A stretch of 64,000 bases of DNA from Eledone cirrhosa (taxonomy: Eukaryota), in NCBI GenBank assembly GCA_964016885.1, contig OZ024747.1, positions 73,036,001-73,100,000 on the forward strand, read 5' to 3'. Below the pieces are notes generated by a model. The model did no database searches. It was given only the letters and a program-made list of their open reading frames with translations, and was not told where the DNA came from. Both the position numbers and the translations under genes were made by a program. The number at the start of each line of letters is the position of its first letter. Positions within the stretch are counted from its first letter, which is position 1. Shown in pieces: positions 1 to 11,344 of the stretch.

Positions 1-1876
1 CTAAAAATACACACATACATTCACACATGTGTGCACACACATATATACACACAAACACACACACTGAAACTTTTTTATTTTAGACTCACTGATGAGGACA
101 GTGGAATGCCTCGAGGCATCTGGAAATAATTCTGTTTACTTACATACATACATACGTAAACATACACACATCCCCATAATGTATTCTTAGTTATACTGTA
201 TATATACACACACGCACACCCCCACACACACACGCTCACCCCCACACATATATGTATATATATAATCTCAGTGTCAATTGCAAACATACCTGCAAAATTA
301 GAAGTAGAAAAAAATCAACTTATCTTGATATTAATTTGTAATTTTACCTTTCAATAATTATATTTTAAAATGATGTGGGTAATAAAGTAAAGTATAACTA
401 ATGTAATTTAAAGTATTTTGAACATCTTTGCTTTATAAACTCATTAACTCATTTTCCCTTATAGCATGTCCTTTATATGTTGGTTTCATTTTTGATGAGA
501 ATAAAAGCGCGCATGGCTTCTATTTAGGATAGCTAATAATAATAAAGGTAATTATTATGGTAATGATAATGATCTACCTTTCATGATGTTACATGCTAAA
601 TGCTGATTTATATTTTTAAAGTCATCCAGAAGCAGAAAGCGAGAATGACTTTCTATATTAACATATTTCTTGATGCAATAAAACATTGATTAATGTTTGT
701 GTTGTAGTTCTGTGAGGGGCACAACAGAGATATTTCACAGAGATATTTTACTGGGTTTTATTAAATGCTACATTTTCTGACAGATCCCATTATATTTCAT
801 CAGGCTTTACAAAAAAAAAAAAAGAATTATTTATTTCAACGCTAATTTCAGAAAAGAAATTGAGAAAGATATTAAAGGCTCATTCAACCTTCGGAACAGG
901 AGGTTATTGCTAGTTTTTATTAAGAACTAAGCTTAATATAAAAGGAAATCACGAAAGGAATGAAAGCAGCATCAAGAACCAAAACAAGAAAAAAGATCAA
1001 AAACAACAGCTCACCTTTCTATATTCTTCACTCGTTGGCGGCGTAAAAACAAAATATTACTCCGCCTTGAGGCAAGCTTCTAATATAGTCCTTATCAACA
1101 TATATAATGATCTTTGATGGCGTCACACACAACACATACAAACAACACAGCATACACACACATACACACACAACACACACACACACACAGCACATATACA
1201 ACACATTCACATAACATATGCACACACACACAACACACATACACACAACGCCCACACAAAACACACACACAACAGACACAAACACAACACATACGCACAC
1301 ATATACACACATACGCACACATACACACACACACAACACACACACACAATATATGCACACACACAACAGACACACACAAACCACACCCAACACACACAAC
1401 ATACACACACGTACACACAGAACAGATGCACTCACACAACACATACACGCACACAACACCCCCCGACCGGCGCCATTTACAAGGTTCGATCTGGTATCAA
1501 TGAACAAATTGATTAATAATATTCACCTCTCATTTTATTTTTCAAAATTCTCTTTTTTCAGATGTTTCATAATTTTGAGAATTGTTTCGACTAAAACGCA
1601 TCGTTTTATTACATTTTGAATCATACTGAGAATATATTTTGTATGTGAATAACTATGAAGCTTATTCAATAGGCAATAAAATAAATTAGCAGATTTATGA
1701 TGGTAAGTATTGGCAAATGGTTTCAGAAACAAACCACGAGAATTTGAAATCAATCTATGGACGTTATCGAACAATTTAGCAAAGAAGGTTTCTTTCGACA
1801 ATACTTAAAATACGTTTTTAAATGGAGGTGTGAATATTGAAAAAATTCAAAAGTATCATGTAGATATGTATGAATG

Positions 1877-2240
1877 CATGGTCCCATAACTCATGAGGGA
1901 GTTTTAAGGGTACCGTATTGACATATGACGTTTCTAAGGCATATTTTGCTAAAACCTGGTAGAGATCATCTCCTCTCCATGTCTGAATACAGCAGGCTTC
2001 TTCCAGTGTGTGTGTGTTTATGTGTGTGTGTGTGTGTGTGTGTTAGAGAGAGGAATTGATGCAGAAGAAGAATCGATCCCAGTATTAGATTGGTACAGTA
2101 TTAGATTCTTTTTATCGACCTCGAATGGATGAAAAGTAAAGTTGACCTCTGTGGGATTTGAACTCAGAGAGCAGAGAGCTGAAACGAATACAGCAAAGTA
2201 TTTTTTCCGATGTTGTAACGACTCTACCATTTCACCGCTT
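1877..2240 (-). mobile_element. tRNA-derived SINE family 1 (Nin/Deu-domain-like core)
   Basis: B-box GAGTTCAAATCC, core GGTCAACTTT.CTTTTCATCC.TTCGAGGTCGATAAA, and a shared tail. More than 15 copies occur in the window. Confidence 0.8.
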
Positions 2241-3428
2241 GTCATGTAGATAGGCATTTCATAAAACGACTTCACAAAGGATTGATCATTGAACACCAAA
2301 ACATCAATAAAGCGAAAAATGTAGTAGCAACAGTCTCTAAAGATCTTGAGCTCAATCAAAATAACTGTCTGCTGTCTATTTCCTCTATCCAGAAAATTCT
2401 CTACTATCCCTGTTGTCTGTATCAAGATATCGCTCTACTTCTCTCTACTGCCTGTATCTAGGTACATCTTTACAGCCAGTATTAAGACATCTGGTCGTCA
2501 GTAACAAGATAACTGCCTGCTGATTGCATCAGGGTAATTCTGTTGCCACTGTCATCAACAACATATCTCTATTAACTCTTTCTATTACCGTTTGCATCAA
2601 GATAACTCTCTAAGTCTCTGTCATCTGTAACAAGATATCTCTTTTCTTCTCCATCCCCTTTAAGTAATCTATTCAACGTATCTATCTGTAGATAGTTTCT
2701 CTTTACTGTGTCTGTGTTCTGTGGCATGTTGTGTTCCCAAGTTCATTAGAAATGTCAGTAATGTGAACAGACACTAAATAGGAATTAGAGCGACACACTG
2801 ACTCCATTAATCGCGCGCTTATTACTACATCAGTGTTATAGGATATTTGATATTGTTCCTATTTCCATAGAAAACAATAGATTGAATCTATTTTAGTATA
2901 TAACTAGTTATAAGTTAATAAACAACCAAATACTGCTTGTTCAATAGCCTATCACTACTTTAAACACAAATACTATAAGTAGTCAAAATATATTACTGGA
3001 AATGGAAAGTAGCATAATTAATAGGAAGCAACGTGAGATATGTAACAAATGACAGGTAGAATGAGGTAGAAATAAATTTAATATTAAAGAGTTAAAGAAA
3101 GGATATAATTAGTACTGACGTTTGTTGACAAATGAAAAGCTTTTAAATACAAGTCTAAAGAGAGAAATCAAGTTTTGAGCGCTTTTCATTAGTTTTTAGC
3201 TTAATATCGTGAAGAAATATGCCAGATTTCCTCACTGCATTGATCATATAAAAATGACATTTAATATACGAGTTGATATAACAACGTTTTAAGGTGTGAA
3301 AATGAAGTGAGCTATCGAAGTATCCAGGAGAAGAATTAATTAAAACTCTAAGTAATTGAATTAAATTAATCGGAGGTTAGGGAGAAGTCGGGAGGTAGAA
3401 AGAGTGAGAGGGGAAAAGCAAGAGAGAG

Positions 3429-3470
<42 letters not shown>

Positions 3471-3579
3471 GGGGAGGGAGAGAGGCATATACCGAAAGAG
3501 AGAAATGGAGAAAAAAAAATACAAATGAAACGAATTGGTAGAGAAACTGGGGATCTAGTCGGACCTGTTGGTTGCTTCT

Positions 3580-3800
3580 GACAGGTGTTAAGAGACTGAG
3601 TGAACAAAACTTCCCCCTGGACAGAATGCCAGTCCATCGAAAGGTTAAAACCCCCAGCTATTGCTGGTACTTATTTAGTATACTGGAGCAACGTGAAATG
3701 AATTGTTTGCTCAAGAACACAACACAACCCAGTCGAGGAATCAAACCAATGGCATTATGATCGTAATCCAACACCCTTACCACTTGGCCAGGCGCCTCCA
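3580..3800 (-). mobile_element. tRNA-derived SINE family 2
   Basis: A-box TGGCCAAGTGG, B-box-like GGTTTGATTCC, and body TTTCACGTTGCTCCAGT. Homologous copy at 31255-31510 (-) and a related copy at 51085-51360 (+). Confidence 0.75.
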
Positions 3801-4771
3801 CTAATGTAGGTATTGGCAATATTGATTTCCCCAGTCCCAGGGTTCAGCTAAGGTTAAGGCTATGCTACTCCTTCTCAAGCTTACATTAAACATAAAATAA
3901 AAACAGTAACAAATTTGCATCATATTTTTGCATTCAGGAAAAGCCAGAAAATAAATCTTTAAACAACATTGATTTTAAATGGGAATCAAATTAGTTCTAC
4001 TGGACATTTTTGAAATTGAATTTGACAGCCAAGAAAATATCTGAAATAATGGGAGTTAGTAAATATATTACTATGCCTGCCTTTGGTTCAAATTTCTTTC
4101 CAAATAAGTAATAACGCCAATAATGTCAATGCAAGAAAGACATTCAGCAATTGATATTGCAGTTAATACTATTCAATTAGTATATAGACATAACACTTCG
4201 ATTTTGTTAGAGGATGGAAGGGAAGAAGGAAGCGATAATATTTAACGTGTATATGTCTTTCCAAATATTGAATGGCAATACTAGGCTTGAAAATACTTCA
4301 GTCCGAAATTTGAGATTGATTTCACGGTTAAGAAATTCATTTTGTAACCTTGTGGTTCAAGATTCACCCCAACACACAGTACCTTGGGCAAGTATCTTTA
4401 TTCGGAGCTTCGGGTTGTCATTCAATGCCGCAGGAATAGAATTTGCTGGATGGGAATTGCAGAAGCCCGACGGGGTGTGATATAAATATAAACACACACA
4501 CACACATATTGTTGTTGTTGTCGTTGTTGCTGTTTTACCTTCATCGCTAGGTCTTAATTATACAGATATAACTTTATCTCACCCCGCCCTCGGCTTCTAG
4601 CCCACTTCTTACTATGTATATAAAACATGACCAACTGAATTTCTTATACACCAAATGCCGGGTTCAACAGTTTTACAAGAGATGGTGACCTGATTAGACC
4701 TGTCTTTCGGAAAGAATCTTTTTTCGTCTCTGCTCTCTATCTTTCAATTCCTTCTTTAATTTCTCATTCTA

Positions 4772-4807
4772 TTTTCTGATGAAAGACCAGCATCCGAAAC
4801 CTTAAGA
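4772..4807 (+). ncRNA. Degenerate family-B hammerhead in a pLTR-like module (about 4755-4900)
   Basis: TTTT-CTGATGA-aagaccagcatcc-GAAA-CC-TT-AAGA. The downstream flank is homologous to 52340-52425. Confidence 0.65.
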
Positions 4808-5794
4808 CTGACTTTTTTCCTACTATATCAAGTGTAAAACTAATATATTTCTTTATTGTATTGTGTCATTGCTTTGTTATTCCTGTTTGCCTTTTGCATA
4901 TATATATATATATTTTGTTCAACTATATATATATATATATATAGTTGAACAAATAAAACAAAATAAACACAGGGATTGAAAAATACAATGAATGTATGAT
5001 TGTAGAAACGGTAAGCCATTTAGGATTAAAATATAACCATAAAGTGTCTCGTTAGAAAACAAGATATATATGCTTTAAGAGAGTAATGTTAACGTTATTA
5101 AGTACGTCACATATAAGTTGGTTTAAAAGATATTACGTAAGCAAATCTTACAGAGTCATGAAGTACTGACAGAAAGACCAGAAAAGACCGACTAGAAATA
5201 TGTCTGGTTAATTAGCAACAACATTTCAATTACTACTTTATACATTTGCTGCTTCCAGCCTCTGGATTCAATTATGTATTCTATGAGATTGATAATGCTG
5301 TTACTCGTATTTTAGGATTTTAAATCTTCTACAATAAATCTTTGTTTGCTTTCGGACAAGTAAAAAGAACATCTAATATTTCAAGATACGGCTAAAATAT
5401 TATATATATATATTAAATATTAAATATTATATAATATATATTAAATACATGTATATTATATATTAAATATATATATGTTATATATTAAATATATATATAT
5501 TATATATTAAATATATATCATATATTTAATATATATTAAATATTAAATATCATATAATAAATATATATTAAATGTTATATATACTCATGATAGGTTTAGG
5601 TTTCTTATCATTAAAATACAGAGACACTCCTATGAGATGCACCGCATATGGGCCTGCTAAATCTGCATAGGTGTTAGTTATAAATTCCTTTTCTTTTTCT
5701 TTTTCATTTTATATTTGATTATGTACTCAATTGGTTTCTGATCACTTTATGCGAATATACAAAGATGATGAATTAAACCTAACATATAGTATAG

Positions 5795-6085
5795 ACCCGT
5801 AACTCCTGGGGTAGTCGCAGGCACGTCATATTGGTACACGGTGTTACTTGGGACATTTTAAAGTCTGAACACAGCAGATTTCTTCTAGAGAAAGATAGAG
5901 AGAATGAGAGAATGGAAGTGAGAAAGAGATATAGAAGAAGAAGAATCGCTAATATTTGATTGGTCCTTTTTTATATCGACGTCGAAATGATAAAAGTTAA
6001 AGGGAACCTCGGCGGAATTTGAACTCGGAATTTGAGTCGGAAGTCTTCTATCTGACATTCTAATGATTCTACCAATTCACCGCCA
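5795..6085 (-). mobile_element. SINE family 1
   Basis: Homologous head, core and tail. Confidence 0.8.
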
Positions 6086-6416
6086 TAAATCTAACATATG
6101 GTTTCAGTTTATTCGATATCGTGTTTATATAATAATTATCTATTTTTGACTTGATACAATGTGTATTATTGGTTTTTGTTCCACCGATCTTGGAGGTGGC
6201 CTTAAGTGAAGCTTGATCACATGAACGTAAGAAAGCATATTAGATAGTGAAAAACATCCTGTACTCCATATTACTGTTTGTATGAAGTTGATTACAATCT
6301 GTGAACTCCTGATTATTTCAAGATATTTATGGCTGTTTATTTGGTGATGTGAGAAAGATTAAAGAGCTCCCGGAAGTAACAGAAGCAATACATACATACA
6401 TGCATACATACATATA

Positions 6417-6530
<114 letters not shown>

Positions 6531-9024
6531 TATATATATGCATATGTACGTATGTACATACAAACATGCATACACATGTATACATATACATATATATATT
6601 CTTACATATACACATGCATATATATATTCATACATACATATATACATACATAATGATTGCTGCAACTCGATTTTGAGTAATGCCATCGCTTGATACTTAA
6701 GCATGAGCATCACGGATGCGGCCTTTTAGTCCGGCTGGGGACTTGCCTGTGGCCAGCAATACCATCCATCAAATCAAGCGATGCCTGTGTTTGAAGCTTT
6801 TTTAAGTGAGGAAAGGCTTTGCACGCGGCCAGTCCCACTCTCTTAACATCGAATATAGATTTTATATCAGAGGAGGGTGATTCTGGACACCCTGTGTGAT
6901 GGAAAGCAAAACCCGTCAAAATGCGGAGGAACTCAGGAGAGTCAACGGCCATCCAATAAAGTTTTTTATTCAGTGAGAGACTCCTATTCTTCATTAAGGC
7001 ATACATACATACATACGTATGCATACGTATACATACATAAGTACATACATAATATATACATACATAATACACACACATACATACAAATTTTAACTCAGAG
7101 TGCAGAGACAGAACTGTTATATATATATATATACTACGTATCACTTTTATCTTTTCTTTTTATCCATGCACTCTTTTGTACTGCTCATACTCATTGGCTT
7201 TCAATTCACCTCTAGTTATCTTGCTATCGTTTCCTCTGTGTTTTTGTTTACATTTAACTACAGAAATAAGGTCTTTGCACAATAAAAAAGATTCATTCAA
7301 TCACAAAAGAATTCATTCAATTACAATTATCTATATTTTTTTACATCTTTGTACTTAGCTAAACTTACACGATTTTTCTAACGATACACAGCAGTCTTTA
7401 ATCTACAATCACTTTACTATTTTATACAGAGTTAACTATTTAACGTTCATACGTATATACAGGGACATAAATGAAAGGGTTTATAGTAAAAACATACTTT
7501 ATTTAATAATAATTCCTTGATTACAGCATTATATGTAAAGATTCTTGTGACTTCGTTCATTGTTATATTTCATTTTACATTCATTTAGATGACGTAAAGT
7601 TTTTGTTTGTTTTTGTGGGAGCTAGCAATGGACGGCAAGCCAATACCTATATCAAGTAGATTTCTGACTACATAAACTGCTATCCCTCTGATTTGTCGAA
7701 TATGACTAACAATAGAATTGTGACAGCGGGTCAAGGGAATCGGTGCAAAAGGTGCAACCGGTGCGATCTATAGATATTGATAATCATTTTCTCCCATATT
7801 TTCTATAATCATTGTCAAACACATATCCATTAAGTTGTGATGACTTTGTTCTACCTATGTATCTTTTTATCTACTATTAAGATTCGTGCTTCGTTGTTCT
7901 TGTCCAGAGATAGAAATATAGGTAAATATACTCGTATAAAGCAATAAATAGTCAGTGAGACAGACTAATGGACCGGCAGATATATATATATAGACATATA
8001 TATAGACAGACTATTAGTTGATAATATATTACCCGACGCCCGTCTGTCTTACAAGCTGTTAAAACAACTTTAGATATGATTCGGTATTTCGGCTTCCTCT
8101 GTAGTAGCAAACGAATCGATGGCTAAGTACAGAAATATATTTTTGATGGCATAGAAAAAATAAGCGTTGTTTAGAAAATAAACAGTTATGAAATGTCTTC
8201 TGCGTAATAAACATTATTTAAATAGATGTCTGTATATTTAAGGAATGGAACATTAAAGAGAGAACACTGAATAAAATATGCTCCACAAATTAAATATGCT
8301 GACAACTTCTTAACTATTGTTGATCGAAGGAATGACATCTCATTTATATATGCCATTACCTTCTTAACTATTGTTGATCAGACGGAAGACGTTTCAAGTC
8401 TCAAGAAAAAAGAAAACAAGGAAATTTCAGTACCTTTGTTCTTTACAGTATCATGTCATTTTAGATGAGTTAAAATTAATACTAATGTATTTTTCTGTTA
8501 ACTTAATATTTCTTGCTGTGTAAAACACCGTGTTTACACACCTTTCATCTTAGTTTGTTTCTTCTTAAATATATGTTCTTCTTTAATGAAAAACAAAATT
8601 TTGTCTCATATTTTCAATTGTCTGTATTTTTCAGTATGGCAGTACATGAACCACTATCCTGGCGGCACACTGCCCATATTTCGGGGTTTTCTTCAGCTGT
8701 ACTTCCGTTCCCCCCCCTTTCACACACGCACACACACATATAATACATACACACAGACATATACACAGACACACACCAAAGCCGAGGATCATTTGGTTTC
8801 CTAAATAGAATATTAGTCTAACGACTCCCTTTATACCATAAACGTGGTTTTGTTTTTGCGTGTAATTGTTCTCAGCGCTCCACATAACGACGTATTATCT
8901 TCGCTTTTTTCCGTTCATTGCCAGGGAACGTCTTCACGAACCAAAGTATCGTCTTGCTGTTTTCCTTCGGATGCAACTTTTTTCGAAATATTTACTTCTG
9001 CGTCCGCAGATTAAATTTTTTTTT

Positions 9025-9075
9025 AGTTTCAGAAGATCCCGTTAAGGATGAAAGCAGCGATTCTTTGCTTAAACT
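9025..9075 (+). ncRNA. Hammerhead-like motif (family E, CAGAAGA core variant)
   Basis: AGTTT-CAGAAGA-tccc-gttaa-ggat-GAAA-GCA..TGC-TT-AAACT. A second copy is at 35122-35172. Confidence 0.6.
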
Positions 9076-9170
9076 TTAATCTGTTATTTTAATAAATATA
9101 TATATATATATCTATATATATATTTATGTATGTATATGTATATACATGTATGTATATATATATATGAATG

Positions 9171-9195
<25 letters not shown>

Positions 9196-9203
<8 letters not shown>

Positions 9204-9608
9204 GTAAAAGGAAAAGAAAATGCTGACAAATTGTTCCCAGTGAAAAATAGTTTAATTAGGAATAAGTAAAAATTAGTAATAAGTATTGGTTAGTATTCAG
9301 TTTTGGTTTTAAGTTTTTACCGGTTGCGCATTTCTAATGCTTTTCAAAAATAATTTTGAGATAGAGCGCCCGAGATGTTTGCTCTAATCTCTAATCTGAT
9401 TAGAACAAACATCACGGGCGCTCTATCTCAAAATTATTTTTGAAATGCGCAACCGGTAAAAACTTAAAACCAAAACTGAATACTAACCAATACTTATTAC
9501 TAATTTTTACTTATTCCTAATTAAACTATTTTTCACTGGGAACAATTTGTCAGCATTTTCTTTTCCTTTTACCAATATATCATAACTCGTGTGTTACACC
9601 TCCATTTA

Positions 9609-9612
<4 letters not shown>
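9196..9612. mobile_element. Fold-back element (arms about 190 bp) plus a tail of about 30 bp, in (TA)n; pLTR-like
   Basis: 9196-9389 is the reverse complement of 9398-9580, except for an 11-nt deletion in the right arm and a few substitutions. Confidence 0.8.
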
Positions 9613-9651
<39 letters not shown>

Positions 9652-10228
9652 GAAAATCTCAAGTTTAATTCAAAGCGGTTATGACAACCAGCGTATTTTC
9701 AATTAGTCTTGTTATTTATTCATGGCTTCCACTTTTAAAAGTGGCCAAGTGAAGGGATATTTGAACAGTTGATGATAAAATCTTCAATCACAATCACGTG
9801 TTCCCTGAAAACATTTCAGAGAGCATCTAAAAAAAAAAAATTACCTGTAAAGATTTTCCCAGATAATGTTTTCAAATACTATTTCAAAAACATCGAAGCT
9901 ATCTCTTGAGTAAACATATTCATCTCTTTGAAGCAGCACATTAGATAAATAACTATATTTTTTATATATCTCTCCCAAAACGATGGTTTAACATTCGCAT
10001 GAAAAGCTTTGGTTAATTATAAGTATATTTTGATATAAGTGAGATTTTTAAAAACTAGAATTAGATGAACGTACATACATAGATCAATATATGGAATATA
10101 TGTACATACATGCGTACATATATGCTTACATACACACATACATACACACATACATACATGCATATAAAGATGAATATATGTACAACAGTTAAACACACAT
10201 AGGAATAATAAGGTTGTTACCAAAGAGC

Positions 10229-10680
10229 CAGAAAATTGAAAAGTCGACCCTAAATATGACTAATAGCTCTAGGAAAGCCATGAAAGACACCTATTCTTTT
10301 TAACTTTGATTTTGAAAGTAGGTTTATAATTATTAATTTTTATTATACTTCTGTAGCTGTCTCGGTGTCCTAGTGTGGGGAATCATAAACGACGGTGATC
10401 CTGGTCGGAAGTAGGGTTCCCATTAAACCTTTTCAGTTTTTTTTCTATGGTATGTAAAATAAAAACCGAAAGAGATTACACGTACTTCTTGACAAGGATT
10501 GAACACAAGGCCAGGATCTCCACCGTCTCTAGTACCTACCGCTAGGCCACAGAGACAACTACGAAAATCTTATGAAAATTCATACTTATAAACCTACTTT
10601 CAAAATTTTCAAAACAAAACTTTCATGTCTTTCTTAATGTTATTGCTCCTACTTAAGGTCGACTTCTAAATCATTCGGGT
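10229..10680. mobile_element. Old fold-back/MITE-like element with diverged inverted arms of about 200 bp
   Basis: Paired blocks AAGTCGACC/GGTCGACTT, TTTTGAAAGTAGGTTTATAA/TTATAAACCTACTTTCAAAA and GACGGTGATCCTGG/CCAGGATCTCCACCGTC. Confidence 0.7.
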
Positions 10681-10767
10681 GTTCCATAAACTATTTCCTC
10701 GTTTTGTTTCTCACCTATCTAGACCATATTTTAACCTGTAATCCATGTTTCATTTCTGTCGCACCTC

Positions 10768-10860
<93 letters not shown>

Positions 10861-11021
10861 ATATTTGAATCTACTATGATTGGGCTTACTTTATTCATAT
10901 GTATATGTTTTTGCATGTCAGATTCAAACTTACAATGATTGGCATTATATATATATATATATTTCGTTTCTGAATTTGTTTAGCAAGATTCTTTATCTGA
11001 AATCGTGTGTTGAAACCGATA

Positions 11022-11325
11022 TTGTTATGCTTTGGGAGGGTCATGTTGCCAATAAGAAACACACGCACCAGTTGCTTTCACTTCAATTTATTATAATAAA
11101 TTTATAAATTTAGGAATTTATAAATTTCTGGTTGGTTGGTTGGTTCCACAACCAGATAGTTGTTTATATATTGTCAAAGTTCTTTCGTCACACATTCTGT
11201 GACCTCTTCAGTGACTGGGGATTCTTTTCTTTGTTTTTGTGCCTCTCCTTTGTTCTGTCCTACGCCATTTTGTTTCTGTGTGTGTGTTGTGTGCTCAGTC
11301 TGCACATGCGCCACATCCGGGTGTC
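11022..11325 (-). repeat. 3' pseudo-LTR of the PLE (family A); tail extension at 10963-11021
   Basis: Near-identical to 13305-13607 (inverted), 49812-50101 and 52529-52831. The tail also appears at about 52878-52933. Confidence 0.9.
11173..11215 (-). ncRNA. Minimal type I hammerhead ribozyme (family A), sense to the PLE ORF
   Basis: Minus strand reads GTCA-CTGAAGA-G-GTCAC-agaatgt-GTGAC-GAAA-GAAC-TT-TGAC: stem I GTCA/TGAC, intact core, predicted CUU cleavage triplet. Confidence 0.85.
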
Positions 11326-11344
11326 TGTGTGTGTTTATATTTGT

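Noticed and set aside
1028-1619. Long ORFs rich in C/V/H/T/Y/I here and throughout the window
   Set aside because: They are translations of (CA)n, (TA)n and (GA)n microsatellites, with no coding signal.
3725-3800. Genuine tRNA gene
   Set aside because: The A/B boxes belong to decayed SINE heads and are followed by a SINE body. There is no intact cloverleaf.
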